Shown: positions 29,109-40,296, numbered from the stretch's first letter. The stretch: 64,000 nt of DNA from Candidatus Foliamicus sp. (GCA_965249285.1 OZ252226.1:1465360-1529359); one strand, 5' to 3'. The notes: generated by a model from the letters alone, not told the origin. Made by a program: numbers and translations.

Positions 29109-30855
29109 TTCTGGCGTTGGCGCGGAATTGCAGCCGGTAGAGGCTGGCATAGTGACCGTCGCGCGCCAGGAGCTCCGCGTGAGCACCACTCTCTACGATG
29201 CGGCCGCGCTCCAGGACCACGATCCGGTCGGCGTGCTCTACAGTGCTCAGGCGATGGGCGATCACCAGGGTGGTTCGGCCGCGCATCAAGCGATCGAGCG
29301 CGTCCTGCACGTGGCTCTCGGAACGGCTGTCCAGGGCGGAGGTTGCCTCGTCCAGGATCAGTACCGGCGCATCTTTCAAGAGTGCGCGCGCAATTGCCAC
29401 CCGCTGGCGCTCGCCGCCGGACAGGCTGACGCCACCCTCACCGACCCTTGCGTTGAGGCCCTCTTTCCTCGATTCGACGAACTCCATGACATGAGCCGCG
29501 CGGGCTGCGGCCTTGACCGCCTCGGGGTCGGCCTTCGACAGCGCGCCATAGGCGATATTGTTGGCCAGGGTGTCGTTGAAGAGCATGACATCCTGGGTGA
29601 CCAATGCGATCTGTTCGCGCAAGGCCGGCAATGGCCAATCGCCCAAGGGGCGGCCGTCGAGCCGCAGTTGTCCCGAATCGGGTTCGAAGAAGCGCGGTAT
29701 CAGGCTTACCAGGGTGGATTTGCCGCTGCCCGAACGTCCCACGATCGCCACCCGCTCGCCGGGCTGGATCTTGAGCGAAATATCACGCAAGGCCGCCGTG
29801 CCCTCGTTGTCGTAGGAAAACGACACGTCGGCGAACTCCAATTCGCCTTTGACACGCCCGGGCAGGTCACTGCGCGGCGCGGCGCCGGCGTCGGACTCCA
29901 CCACGCTATCCAGCAGCCGGAACACAGATGTGGCGGCGGCCAGTCCGCGCTGCAAAGAAGCATTCACGTTGGTGAGATGTTTGAGGGGCGTCATGAGCAA
30001 CAACATCGCGGCCATAAAGCCGGTGAACTTTTCCACCTGCAGGCTTTCGGCGGCGGAATACTGGGCCACGAACCAGGCCACCGACGCAACACCGATAGCT
30101 GCCAGCAGCATAGTCAGCCCATCGCCCCCGGCCCGCGCCATAACCAGCTTGAGGTGCAGCCGTTTGTTGACCTCATTGGCCCGGGCAAAGCGGTCAGTCT
30201 CACGCGCCGCCCCTCCGAACACCTTGATAACGCGATGACCCCGCAAGGCCTCATCGGTAATCCGCGACACCTCGCCCATGTTTTCCTGGATACGGGTGCT
30301 GTAGCGGCGAAAGTGCCGAGACAAGACACGGGCCGTAAGCGCAATCAAGGGCGCTACCACGAATACCACCGCGGACAGACCGGCGCTGGCGTAAACCATG
30401 TAGGCAACCAGGCCCGCAACGGTAAGGCTGTCGCGAATGACGGTGGTGATCACGGTGGATGAGGTATCCGCAACCTGCTCGGCGTCATACAGCATCCGGG
30501 AGAGCAATTCGGCGCGCGGCCTTTGTTCCACGTCGCGCACCGGCATCTGAAGGAATCGCGCAAACAGCATTTCCCGCAATTGGCCCACCACTGAGCGGCC
30601 AATGCGTCCCAGCTGATATGCGGACAGGAACCCGGAAACGCCGCGCACTGCAAACAGGCCCAGCACCCCCAAGGGCAACCACCGGCCCCATGGTCCGGCC
30701 GCGTTGCCCAACAGCCCGGTCAGTCGCTCCACGGCGATTGCAAACCCGGTTTCCGTCCCCGCGAATACCGCCATCGCCAGGACCGCCAGCAGAAAGCCGC
30801 GCCAATACCGAACGGCCAGCGCCGCGAGGCGTTTCGTTGGAGTATCCCGCCGCAT
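29098..30855 (-). CDS. msbA: lipid A export ABC transporter permease/ATPase MsbA
   Basis: 585 aa with a 6-TM domain and an ABC ATPase (GRSGSGKST, LSGGERQR, LILDEATSALD). Confidence 0.93.
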   Translation of the reverse strand: MRRDTPTKRLAALAVRYWRGFLLAVLAMAVFAGTETGFAIAVERLTGLLGNAAGPWGRWLPLGVLGLFAVRGVSGFLSAYQLGRIGRSVVGQLREMLFARFLQMPVRDVEQRPRAELLSRMLYDAEQVADTSSTVITTVIRDSLTVAGLVAYMVYASAGLSAVVFVVAPLIALTARVLSRHFRRYSTRIQENMGEVSRITDEALRGHRVIKVFGGAARETDRFARANEVNKRLHLKLVMARAGGDGLTMLLAAIGVASVAWFVAQYSAAESLQVEKFTGFMAAMLLLMTPLKHLTNVNASLQRGLAAATSVFRLLDSVVESDAGAAPRSDLPGRVKGELEFADVSFSYDNEGTAALRDISLKIQPGERVAIVGRSGSGKSTLVSLIPRFFEPDSGQLRLDGRPLGDWPLPALREQIALVTQDVMLFNDTLANNIAYGALSKADPEAVKAAARAAHVMEFVESRKEGLNARVGEGGVSLSGGERQRVAIARALLKDAPVLILDEATSALDSRSESHVQDALDRLMRGRTTLVIAHRLSTVEHADRIVVLERGRIVESGAHAELLARDGHYASLYRLQFRANARNAG

Positions 30856-30864
30856 ACTTCGAGT

Positions 30865-33222
30865 TTACCCGTCAGCCGGCCTATCAGGGCCATCAACTGC
30901 CCCAGGCGGGTAGGTCCAGAGCCTCGCCCGATCACGGCGCCATTCCTTCACCAGCATCAGCGGTCCACCGTCTCGCACCTCAAACCGCAGGGCGCCGCTT
31001 GCGCCGGTGTCCCACTGCCGGGCTCCCGCCTCCGCCCATCGTGCCACCACGGTTTCTCGGGGAAATCCCCAACGGTTGAAAAAGCCCGAGGAGTGCGCAA
31101 CCAGGCGCGCACGCGCCGCCTCAACAAAGCCGGCACTCGACGAACTTGCGCTACCGTGGTGAGGCGAAAGCACCAGGTCGAAGGGCCCACGAAAGGGTGT
31201 CCCGACCAGCCGGGCCTCGCCGGACGCCTCAAGATCGCCGGGCAGCAACACGCGGGCGCCCGGGGCTTGAACTTCGAGGACGCAGGAACTGTTGTTACCG
31301 CGGCCTCCCATGCCGGGTCGCGGACTCAACATGCGAAACTGAACCTCTCCCGCCCTCCACTGCCCTCCGGCCACGCAGCGCCGGAAAGTGTTTGCCGGAA
31401 GACCGAATAAGGCCGGCGCGATCAGTACCGCTTCGGGATGAGCGGCCAGAACGCTGGCTGCTCCGCCCGCATGATCGTTATCTCCGTGCGAAATCACCAC
31501 CGCATGCAGGCGCCGAACGCCCAACTCCCTCAAGGCCGGCGCCACTACGCTGTCACCGGCGTCGCTGGAGGAATACTTGGGGCCTGCGTCGTACAGCAGG
31601 TTGTAGCCGGGCGCCTGCACCAGAACCGAAAGCCCCTGACCCACGTCAAGCACGGTCACCGCGAAATCAGCCTGCAATATCTCCCGATTCAACCCCAGTA
31701 CCGCCGGCAGCAGCAGCAAGGGCGCGGCCCAACGGGCAGGCGCAGGGCGCGGCGCCAACAGCCAGGCGATGCCGACAGCCGCCAGGATTGCCGGGAGCAA
31801 ACCGAAGGCCGGGGCGGACCAGGCCGCCAGTTCAAATCCCGAGAGATCGCTCAGAATCTCCATGACGCCGGCCAGCAGGCTCGCCCCGCACTGCAGCAGA
31901 AACACGCCTGCCAGGGGCCAGACCAGCGCAAGCAGCAGGGCTCCTAGCAAACCGGGCAAGATCAGCAGCGAAAACAACGGAATCGCAACCAGATTAGCTG
32001 CAGCACCGATCAGCGATACCTCGCCGAAGAACGCCAGCACCAGCGGCGCCAGGCCCAGCGTAATGCGCCACTGGGCCGCCAGCAGACGGCGAGCCCAAGC
32101 CGCCGCGGCCGAGGTGCGCGGCTCGCCGCTAGCCTGACCCGGTTCTCTCAAGTTCAAAACGCTGATCGCCAGGAGAGCCACGGCCCCGAAACTCAGCCAG
32201 AACCCCGCCGAGAGCACCGCGAACGGGTCCGGCGCCAGAACCACGAGCAAGGCGGCGCCGAGGGCCGCGCCAAACCCGCCGCGGCGGCGAAGCTGGGTAA
32301 AGACAAGCACGGCGGTGATCATCGCCAGACTGCGCAGCGTGGATACCGCAAAGCCGGCCAAAGCCGCATAGGCCAGGGCAGCCATAAACGAGCAGGCCGC
32401 GGCTGACAACCGGGGCTGAAGCCTGGTGAAATACCGCTGGGCAATGCGTCCCAGCGCGCCGCCCAGGAACCAGGCGAACCACGCCACCACGCCGACATGC
32501 AGACCCGAAATCGCAAAAAGGTGCGCGGTGCCGGTGCGTCGAAGCACCTGCCAGTCATCGTTCTTGAGGCGATGCCGCGCCCCGGTGGTCAGGGCAATGA
32601 CGTAGCGCAGCCCCGAATTGCCCTCAAGCCAGCCATCAAGCCGGGCCACCAGGGCGGCGCGCAGGCACAACAGCCTCGGGCCCGTTTCGCAGCCGGCCAG
32701 TCGTTGCGGCGGAAATTCGTCGCGCACGTATCCCGTAGCGTTGAGGTTTTCCCGAAACGCCCACTGTTCGAAATCGAATCCACCCGGGTTGTAAAGCCCG
32801 CGTGGAGCGCGCAGCCGCACCTTGAGCCGCCAGGTTTCGCCCGCCAGCGGCGGCTCGTGGCAGTCATACCAACTGACCAGGATGCGATCCAGCGGCGGTC
32901 CCTCGTCCTCGACCTGCCTGACTCGAAAGCGGAACCGGCAGCGAAGGTCGTCGACCCGCGGAAACTCGTCGATCACGCCGGTAACGATGCGGTCCACGCG
33001 CCCGGCTGTGTCCGCCATCCGCTGTTGCAGGCGCAGCTCCGCCAGTGAAAGTCCCACGGCGCTGCCCAACAGCAGGACGGCCAGGAGCACCCCGCGCATG
33101 CGCCAGGCGCACAGCGCCGCAAGCGCCAGCAGCGCCGCGAAGAATATTGGATCGGGCGGCGGTGGCAGCAGCACTAACGCCAGGCTGACGCCGGCCAGCC
33201 ATGCTATGCCCAGCGGCAACAT
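30865..33222 (-). CDS. comEC: DNA internalization-related competence protein ComEC/Rec2
   Basis: 785 aa with a polytopic competence domain and a C-terminal metallo-beta-lactamase motif (VISHGDNDHAGG). Confidence 0.85.
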   Translation of the reverse strand: MLPLGIAWLAGVSLALVLLPPPPDPIFFAALLALAALCAWRMRGVLLAVLLLGSAVGLSLAELRLQQRMADTAGRVDRIVTGVIDEFPRVDDLRCRFRFRVRQVEDEGPPLDRILVSWYDCHEPPLAGETWRLKVRLRAPRGLYNPGGFDFEQWAFRENLNATGYVRDEFPPQRLAGCETGPRLLCLRAALVARLDGWLEGNSGLRYVIALTTGARHRLKNDDWQVLRRTGTAHLFAISGLHVGVVAWFAWFLGGALGRIAQRYFTRLQPRLSAAACSFMAALAYAALAGFAVSTLRSLAMITAVLVFTQLRRRGGFGAALGAALLVVLAPDPFAVLSAGFWLSFGAVALLAISVLNLREPGQASGEPRTSAAAAWARRLLAAQWRITLGLAPLVLAFFGEVSLIGAAANLVAIPLFSLLILPGLLGALLLALVWPLAGVFLLQCGASLLAGVMEILSDLSGFELAAWSAPAFGLLPAILAAVGIAWLLAPRPAPARWAAPLLLLPAVLGLNREILQADFAVTVLDVGQGLSVLVQAPGYNLLYDAGPKYSSSDAGDSVVAPALRELGVRRLHAVVISHGDNDHAGGAASVLAAHPEAVLIAPALFGLPANTFRRCVAGGQWRAGEVQFRMLSPRPGMGGRGNNSSCVLEVQAPGARVLLPGDLEASGEARLVGTPFRGPFDLVLSPHHGSASSSSAGFVEAARARLVAHSSGFFNRWGFPRETVVARWAEAGARQWDTGASGALRFEVRDGGPLMLVKEWRRDRARLWTYPPGAVDGPDRPADG

Positions 33223-33249
33223 TGAATTGCGGCGGGATAAAGCCTGGTT

Positions 33250-33957
33250 TCAGCTTTCCGCGGCAGCCAGCAGGCCGTCGCGCAAAGCGAGTACGCGGTC
33301 CATCCGCCGGGCGCGATTCAGATCATGGGTCACGATCACCAGCGCGGCGCCGGTGTCGCGGTTGAGCTCCAGGAGTAGCCTGAAGACCTGCTCGCCGGAT
33401 TCGGGGTCCAGATTGCCGGTCGGCTCATCGGCAAGAACAACGGAAGGACGCGTAATCAGCGCGCGCGCCACGGCCACGCGCTGTCGCTCGCCCCCCGACA
33501 GTTTTGCCGGGCGATGACTCAGGCGCTCGCCCAGACCCACCTTTTCGAGCAGTTCACGTGCTCCAGCCAAGGCCCCGGCCGTAGCCGACCGGCGAATGAG
33601 TAGCGGCATTGCCACATTTTCTACCGCACTGAATTCCGGCAAAAGGTGATGAAACTGGTACACGAAGCCGATGTGGCGGTTGCGCTGTTTGCCGCGCTCG
33701 GCCGGCGGCATCGCGCTGAAATTCCGGCCTTCCAGCTCCACCCAGCCGCGCGTGGGCGTGTCCAGGCCGCCGAGCAATTGCAGCAGCGTCGTCTTTCCGG
33801 AGCCCGACGCGCCCACTACCGCCACGCGTTCACCCGGCTCAATCGTCAGGTCCACTCCACGCAGCACTTCGAGCACCCGGCGCTGCTCACGGAAATGCCG
33901 CGCCAGTCCGTGGCAGGACAGCGGCGCCGCGCCCTCGGAGGTTACCTGCTCACTCAC
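33250..33957 (-). CDS. lolD: lipoprotein-releasing ABC transporter ATP-binding protein LolD
   Basis: ABC ATPase motifs GASGSGKTT, LSGGERQRVAVARAL and VLADEPTGNLD. I chose the GTG start at 33957, 2 nt after the upstream stop. There is no in-frame ATG near the conserved N-terminus. Confidence 0.9.
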   Translation of the reverse strand: MSEQVTSEGAAPLSCHGLARHFREQRRVLEVLRGVDLTIEPGERVAVVGASGSGKTTLLQLLGGLDTPTRGWVELEGRNFSAMPPAERGKQRNRHIGFVYQFHHLLPEFSAVENVAMPLLIRRSATAGALAGARELLEKVGLGERLSHRPAKLSGGERQRVAVARALITRPSVVLADEPTGNLDPESGEQVFRLLLELNRDTGAALVIVTHDLNRARRMDRVLALRDGLLAAAES

Positions 33958-33959
33958 GA

Positions 33960-35198
33960 TTAATCCCAGCGGATCGCGGTCGCCGGGTCCGTTCGCGCAG
34001 CGCGCAGCGCCGGATACACGGTTGCGATCAGAGAAAGCAGCAGAGCCAGCGCGCATACGACGATGACTTCCGGAATTATGATGTGGCTCGGCATCTCGTC
34101 GAGAAAATAGCCCGGGCTGACCAGGCTCGTGCGGAGAAACTGCTCGGCCCAGGAAGTAAGCGGACCCGCAAAATACGCCAACGGGATTCCCACCGCAAGA
34201 CCCAGCAGCATGCCAAACAGGCCGGCAAAACCACCATGTGCGACAAACACGGCCAACACGGACCCGGGTGTGGATCCGAGAGTCCGAAGGATGCCGATCT
34301 CAGGAGTCTTTTCGCGCACGATCATCACCAGGCTGGACACGATATTGAAGGCGGCAATCGCCGCCAGAAGCGTGAGAATGATAATCGTCACCCGCTTGGT
34401 CATGGCAATGGAATAGAAAAAGTTGCTGTATACCGTGTTCCAATAGCGCCCGAACAATTCCCCGGCCCTATCCCCCGCTATTTCAGGTAGCACCGTGTTC
34501 ACCCTGCGTGGATCGTGAAGCATGATGCGCAGACCGAAGGTGTCCACGCCCAAACCGAAAAGGCGGCGCCCATCTTCGTAGTGGACCCAGGCCAGCGAAC
34601 CGTCCAGATCGTTCATACCGGCATGAAACTCGCCCGCAACGCGCAGGCGGCGCATACGGGGAGCAATCCCCGCGGGCGTGCTCCAGCCCTGCGCCATCAT
34701 CAGTACAACATCGTCGCCCGTACTCACGCCAAGACGCGCGGCCAACTCGCTGCCGAGCACAATGCTCCAGGAACCGGCGCTGAGCGACGCTAATACATCA
34801 TCACCCGTCAGGCCGCCCAGCCCCTCGAAGGCCGGCTCGCCGGGTTCAAATCCGAGAATCAGAACGCCCGCCACCGCATCCGGCACACTCAATACACCCT
34901 GCCCTTCGATAAAGGGCGCCGCCGCGTCGACGTCCGGATGCGCCAAAGCGGAAATGCGAAGTTCGCGCCACCCGGCCAACCGCCCGGCTGCGCCGTGAAG
35001 ACTGCCGTGGGCCACGACATTCAGTACCCGCTCGCGCACAACCTGGTCAAAGCCATTCATCACCGACAGGACGATTACCAACAGCGCCACGGCCACCGCT
35101 ACACCCAGCATGGACAGCATTGAGACCAGCGAAACAAATCCGGCGCCCCGGCTCGCGCGAAGCTGCGCCAACGCCATCCGTAGTTCGAAAAAAACCAT
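33960..35198 (-). CDS. lipoprotein-releasing system permease (LolC/LolE family)
   Basis: 412 aa with the FtsX-like permease topology (MacB-type periplasmic loop and a C-terminal 3-TM bundle). It is adjacent to lolD. Confidence 0.85.
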   Translation of the reverse strand: MVFFELRMALAQLRASRGAGFVSLVSMLSMLGVAVAVALLVIVLSVMNGFDQVVRERVLNVVAHGSLHGAAGRLAGWRELRISALAHPDVDAAAPFIEGQGVLSVPDAVAGVLILGFEPGEPAFEGLGGLTGDDVLASLSAGSWSIVLGSELAARLGVSTGDDVVLMMAQGWSTPAGIAPRMRRLRVAGEFHAGMNDLDGSLAWVHYEDGRRLFGLGVDTFGLRIMLHDPRRVNTVLPEIAGDRAGELFGRYWNTVYSNFFYSIAMTKRVTIIILTLLAAIAAFNIVSSLVMIVREKTPEIGILRTLGSTPGSVLAVFVAHGGFAGLFGMLLGLAVGIPLAYFAGPLTSWAEQFLRTSLVSPGYFLDEMPSHIIIPEVIVVCALALLLSLIATVYPALRAARTDPATAIRWD

Positions 35199-35201
35199 GG
35201 C

Positions 35202-36446
35202 TTACTCGTAACGCAGCACGCTGGCCGGGTCGACTCGGGCCGCGCGCCGGGCCGGGTACCAGCTTGCCAGCGCCGACAACAACAGGCCCAGCCCGGCCAC
35301 CGAGAGCACCAGAGAGACTGACAACTGCGATGGAACCCCAGTCAGGTACATGACTTCCGCCGGCAGGAAATCGAAACCGAAGAAGTCTTCGAGGGTCGAC
35401 ATCACCGCATCGACGTTGCGCGCCAACCAGACGCCAAGAGCCCCGCCCAGCGCCACACCGACGATTCCCGCCAGCAGGCCCTGCAGGGAAAAAACCGCCA
35501 TGATGGTCGAAGTGCTAGCCCCCAACGTAGCGAGTATCGCAATTTCAGCGCGGCGCTCATTGACCGACATCACAAGCGTAGCAAGGACGTTGAACACGGC
35601 AACCGCGATGATGGCGGACAACAGCACAGCCATGGCCAGGCGCTCCAGCTGCACGGTTCGAAACAGCGCTTCATGCTCTTGCATCCAGGAACGCGGCGTA
35701 AGGCCGTGCCGTTGCACCGTCTCGGCATTGGACGCCCAGGTCTTCACCGCTTCGGGCGTGGCGTAGGGATCATTGCCGCGAACTTCCAGAGCGCTTGCCC
35801 GGCCGCCCAGGCCTGCCAGGTCCGACACGGTTTCCAGGCTTGCTATCGCCAAGCTCGTGTCGGCCCCGGCTACCCCCGCCTGGAATACCGCCCGAACCGG
35901 AAGGTCGCGCAAGCGCGGAGTGGCTCCTCCCGGTTGAGGGACCAATACTCGCACGATCTCGCCGACACGAACGCCCAAATCGTCGGCCAGGTAACTCCCG
36001 AGAGCCAGGCCGCCTTGGCGCCCATGCAGATCGTTGAAGGATCCCGCCGTTGCTCTTTCGCCATACTGCGCTGATTGCAACTCCGGATCGGCGGCGATTC
36101 CACGCAGCCGGACTACCGCAAACCTCCCCCTTGAGGACAACAGGCTTTCCACCTCAACGGTTGGCGCTACCGTAATGACCCCGGGGACTTTCGCCACCTC
36201 TTCGGCTATTTCGCGCCAGTCTTCAATGCCATCCTCGGCAACAAGCTTCACTTGCGCGTCGAACCTGAGCAAACGCTCACGCAACTCGGCCTCGAAACCA
36301 TCCATAACCGCGATCACCACGATCAATGCGGCCACGCCAAGGGCGATCCCGCCTACCGAGGCCAGACCGATGAAGGAAATGAACCGGTTGCGCGTGGGCG
36401 CGCGCAGGTAGCGCCAGGCGATGGCAAGCGATAGGGGCCGGAGCAT
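35202..36446 (-). CDS. lipoprotein-releasing system permease (LolC/LolE family)
   Basis: A paralogue of the previous gene with the N-terminus LSLAIAWRYLRA typical of LolC/E. I chose the ATG at 36446. It is divergent from mfd as in E. coli. Confidence 0.85.
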   Translation of the reverse strand: MLRPLSLAIAWRYLRAPTRNRFISFIGLASVGGIALGVAALIVVIAVMDGFEAELRERLLRFDAQVKLVAEDGIEDWREIAEEVAKVPGVITVAPTVEVESLLSSRGRFAVVRLRGIAADPELQSAQYGERATAGSFNDLHGRQGGLALGSYLADDLGVRVGEIVRVLVPQPGGATPRLRDLPVRAVFQAGVAGADTSLAIASLETVSDLAGLGGRASALEVRGNDPYATPEAVKTWASNAETVQRHGLTPRSWMQEHEALFRTVQLERLAMAVLLSAIIAVAVFNVLATLVMSVNERRAEIAILATLGASTSTIMAVFSLQGLLAGIVGVALGGALGVWLARNVDAVMSTLEDFFGFDFLPAEVMYLTGVPSQLSVSLVLSVAGLGLLLSALASWYPARRAARVDPASVLRYE

Positions 36447-36498
36447 CCGGTCATTGTCCCACGAACCCGCCGGCATTCGGCTTCATAATGCGCGCCGT

Positions 36499-39400
36499 AT
36501 GCGCGCACAACCCGACAGCCCGGCTCGGTTGCCGCAAGTCCTCCGTACCCACTGGCCGGAGCGGCCCGGCGCACCTCTACGGTTGCACGGGGTAACCGCG
36601 GGCGTGGCGCCATTGCTATGCGCGGAATTGATCGCCTGCCGGCCTTCATCCTGCGTTGTAGTGGTCACGCCCGACCCGGGCGGGACGGAGCAGTTCATGC
36701 AGCAAGTGGCCTGGCTGCGCGGGAACAAGGACGGCATGGCGCTGCTTCCCGATCGCGAAACACTGCCCTATGACCTGTTCAGTCCGCACCCGGAAATCAC
36801 CTCCAGGCGGCTTGAGACGCTCACCCGGCTGCTGGATCCCGAGTCATCGCAAATGCCCCAGACGCTGTTCGTGGCCGCTGCGACGCTCCTGGAGCGTCTG
36901 CCGCCACGCACGCAATTCCGCCAGTGGCTCGGATTTTCCTGCCGCGTGGGTCAGGAACTGGACCCGGAGTCCCTGCGGCAGCGGCTGGAGGAGGCCGCCT
37001 ATGTGCGCGCGCCAATGGTCAATGAACCTGGTGAATACGCGGTCCGGGGCGCCTTGATCGATCTTTACCCCAGCGGCGCCGCCGCGCCGGTGCGCATCGA
37101 ATTCTTCGACCTTGAAGTTGAATCGATCCGCTTGTTCAACCCGGCCTCGCAGCGCAGCATCCAGACGCTGGACTCTTTCAAGCTACTGCCGGCCCGTGAG
37201 CTGCCCCTGGATTCAGGCAGCGTGGCGGCGTTCCGGGAACGCTTTCGGCAGCGGTTTCCCGCCAATCCCGCGCGGGCAGAAGTGTTTCGCAAGCTGGGCG
37301 AGGGAATGGCGCCCCAAGGCGCGGAAAACTACCTGCCGCTGTTCTTCGAGCACACTGAAAACCTTTGGGATTACCTGCCCGCGGACATCGCCGTGATTCT
37401 GCTCCCCGGCAGCGCGGCGGCCATGCAGGGCGAATGGGAGACGGCGGCGGATCGTTACAGGCAACGGGATGGCGACCCGGAGCAGCCCTGTCTGCCGCCC
37501 GAGGAATTGTTTGCGCCGCCGAAGGTGCACCAGGCCGCCATGGCAAGCTTGCGCTGCGTCGAAGGTCTGGCCGATCCCCTTCCCGATGTAGCGCGGCAGG
37601 CATACGCACTTTCCGTCAACGCCGGCCCCGCACCCATGGTGCCGCTGGCCCGCACTGATGATCACACCTCACTCGAGGCCTACTCAAACACGCCCGGCCG
37701 GAGAATCCTGCTGAACGCGGAAACCGCCGGTCAGCGTGAGTTGATCCGCGAACTGCTGGGCGGCCGGCGCCTCAAGCCGCTGGGAGTCGGGTCCTGGGCG
37801 GAGTTTCTGTCATCAAGGGCCCCCTTGTGCCTTGCCGAGAGCCCGCTCAATTGCGGCATCGCGCTGCCGGATGATCGGGTCATCCTGACCGAGCGTGAAC
37901 TGTTCGGCCGGCAACGGCCGCTGACCCGCCGCCGGCGCCGGGGTCAGCCGGATCCCGAGGCCATCCTGCAAAGTCTGGCGGACCTGACGCCTGGCGCGCC
38001 GGTGGTCCACGAAGATCACGGTATCGGCCGCTACGAAGGCTTGCAGCACATGGACGTGGGCGGCGCACCCGCCGAGTTCATGCGGGTGCGCTATGCCGGC
38101 GACGATCGTCTCTACGTTCCGGTGTCGGACATGCAGCTCATCACCCGCTATACCGGCGGGAATCCCGAGAACGCGCCGCTGCACCGCCTCGGTTCGGATG
38201 CCTGGGCCCGCATCAAGCGAAGGGCCGAGCAGCAATTGCGGGACGTCGCAGCGGAACTGCTCGACCTGCAGGCACAGCGGGCCGCGCGCCAAATGCCCGC
38301 CATGTGCGCGCTGCTCTCGGAAATGAGCGCTTTTGCGGCGCGCTTTCCGTACCGGCTCACGCACGACCAGGAACGCGCCGTCGAACAGGTCCTCGACGAC
38401 CTGGCATCCGGAAGGCCGATGGACCGGCTCATATGCGGAGACGTGGGTTTTGGCAAGACCGAAGTGGCCCTTCGCGCAGCGTTTGCGGCCGTAATGCAAG
38501 GCTTTCAGGTGGCGGTTCTGGCGCCCACAACCCTGTTGGCGGAACAGCTCCACCAGGTATTCAGCGACCGATTCGCGGATTGGCCGGTTCGGATCGAATC
38601 ACTTACCCGTTTCGGCAGAGGCCGCAAGAACGAACAAGTGCGGGAATACTTAAGCGACGGACGCGCGGACATAGTGGCGGGCTCCCACGGCCTTCTGAGC
38701 GCCGGCGTTCGTTTCAAGCGCCTGGGGCTGCTTGTAATCGATGAGGAACATCGCTTCGGTGTGCGCCAAAAGGAACGCATCAAGGCATTGCGGGCCGACC
38801 TGCACGTTCTTACCCTCACCGCAACCCCGATACCGCGTACGTTAAACATGTCGCTGGGCGGCCTGCGCGACCTTTCGCTGATCACCACGCCGCCGCCCGC
38901 GCGCATGGCGGTAAAGACCTTTGTTACGCCGTGGCGCAACAGCCTGATCCGTGAGGCCTGCGGGCGCGAATTGCGGCGCGGCGGAGCGGTTTTCTTCGTC
39001 CACAACCGGGTCCAGGACATCGACCGCATCGCCCGCGAAGTAAAGAACCTGCTGGGAGATGTGAGGCTCGAAGTGGCGCACGGCCAGTTGGTTGACACCG
39101 AACTGCAACGGGTCATGACCGACTTCTATCACCGCCGCTTCGACGTGCTGGTATGCACCACCATCATCGAGAGCGGCCTGGACGTCCCGCACGCCAACAC
39201 GATGCTGATCAACCGCGCCGACCGGCTTGGCCTTGCTCAATTGCACCAGTTGCGGGGCCGGGTCGGACGCTCGCATCACCAGGCCTTTGCTTACCTGATC
39301 CGGCCGCATGAGAAGGAAATGACCGCCGACGCGCGCAAACGGCTGGAGGCCATACAGGCAGCCGGTGAGCTGGGCGCCGGCTTTCTGCTTGCCACCCACG

Positions 39401-39996
39401 ATCTTGAAATCCGCGGCGCCGGAGAACTGCTGGGCGAGGAGCAATCCGGCCAGATTCAGCAGATCGGCTTCAGTCTCTACAACGAGATGCTGAATCGGGC
39501 GGTCGAGGACCTGCGCGGCCACACAAGCGGCCGTCCGGTTACGCCGGCCCATCCGCGCGCCGACCTGGAGCTTAACCTCGGCGCGCTGCTGCCGGAGGAC
39601 TACATGCCGGATGTCAACCAGCGCCTGAATTGGTACAAGCGGATAGCGTCGGCTGCCGATTCCTCAGAGCTGAACGCGCTCCTGGTGGAGTTGGTGGACC
39701 GGTTCGGCCCGGTCCCGGACTCGGCCCGCAACCTGTTCCGCCAGGCACGCATCCAGCAACGTATGCGGGAGTTGCGAATACAGATGCTGCAAGCGGCAGC
39801 CCACGGCGGTGAAGCGGAGTTTCACAGCGACACGCCGGTAGATCCTTTGCGGCTGGTGGCGATGGCCCAGCAGCAACCGCAAGAGTTCGCCCTGCGCCCC
39901 CGCGGCGAGCTCAAGTTCCGCGCGGACCTTGCCGAGCCGGAGCAGCGCTTCCGCTACGTCGAGCGCCTTATGACTATGCTGGAAAACCCAAAATAA
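36499..39996 (+). CDS. mfd: transcription-repair coupling factor Mfd
   Basis: About 1165 aa with a UvrB-homology N-terminus, an RNAP-interaction domain, superfamily 2 helicase motifs (GDVGFGKTEVA, DEEHRFG) and a TRG motif. The start is uncertain (36421 or 36499). Confidence 0.95.
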   Translation: MRAQPDSPARLPQVLRTHWPERPGAPLRLHGVTAGVAPLLCAELIACRPSSCVVVVTPDPGGTEQFMQQVAWLRGNKDGMALLPDRETLPYDLFSPHPEITSRRLETLTRLLDPESSQMPQTLFVAAATLLERLPPRTQFRQWLGFSCRVGQELDPESLRQRLEEAAYVRAPMVNEPGEYAVRGALIDLYPSGAAAPVRIEFFDLEVESIRLFNPASQRSIQTLDSFKLLPARELPLDSGSVAAFRERFRQRFPANPARAEVFRKLGEGMAPQGAENYLPLFFEHTENLWDYLPADIAVILLPGSAAAMQGEWETAADRYRQRDGDPEQPCLPPEELFAPPKVHQAAMASLRCVEGLADPLPDVARQAYALSVNAGPAPMVPLARTDDHTSLEAYSNTPGRRILLNAETAGQRELIRELLGGRRLKPLGVGSWAEFLSSRAPLCLAESPLNCGIALPDDRVILTERELFGRQRPLTRRRRRGQPDPEAILQSLADLTPGAPVVHEDHGIGRYEGLQHMDVGGAPAEFMRVRYAGDDRLYVPVSDMQLITRYTGGNPENAPLHRLGSDAWARIKRRAEQQLRDVAAELLDLQAQRAARQMPAMCALLSEMSAFAARFPYRLTHDQERAVEQVLDDLASGRPMDRLICGDVGFGKTEVALRAAFAAVMQGFQVAVLAPTTLLAEQLHQVFSDRFADWPVRIESLTRFGRGRKNEQVREYLSDGRADIVAGSHGLLSAGVRFKRLGLLVIDEEHRFGVRQKERIKALRADLHVLTLTATPIPRTLNMSLGGLRDLSLITTPPPARMAVKTFVTPWRNSLIREACGRELRRGGAVFFVHNRVQDIDRIAREVKNLLGDVRLEVAHGQLVDTELQRVMTDFYHRRFDVLVCTTIIESGLDVPHANTMLINRADRLGLAQLHQLRGRVGRSHHQAFAYLIRPHEKEMTADARKRLEAIQAAGELGAGFLLATHDLEIRGAGELLGEEQSGQIQQIGFSLYNEMLNRAVEDLRGHTSGRPVTPAHPRADLELNLGALLPEDYMPDVNQRLNWYKRIASAADSSELNALLVELVDRFGPVPDSARNLFRQARIQQRMRELRIQMLQAAAHGGEAEFHSDTPVDPLRLVAMAQQQPQEFALRPRGELKFRADLAEPEQRFRYVERLMTMLENPK

Positions 39997-40000
39997 CCCC

Positions 40001-40054
40001 CCTGGGAAAGAGGGCATCCTGCCCTCGACGCAGGCAAGACGTCCCCTCCCCAGG
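40001..40054. repeat. REP pair immediately after the mfd stop
   Basis: cctgggaaagagggcatcctgccctcgac + gcaggcaagacgtcccctccccagg (the second unit is degenerate). Confidence 0.7.
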
Positions 40055-40296
40055 TTTCCCACACTCGTCCTACCCTCACGAAGCGCTCAAGCAAGAGCTA
40101 CAGCTCCCAAGGCCATTTGCCCAAGAGTCAGAAACTACCGCCAATATCGTGAGAAATTCGTATTGACACTTCTCCGGGTTCGGTTGTATTCCCGCTAGCG
40201 TTCCCGGCCTTTGGCAGTACGCGTCCCCCAACGTTCCGGCGGGAAGCAGACCCCAAGGGCCATTTTTGTTGAACTGATGACATGGAGGTCAGGACT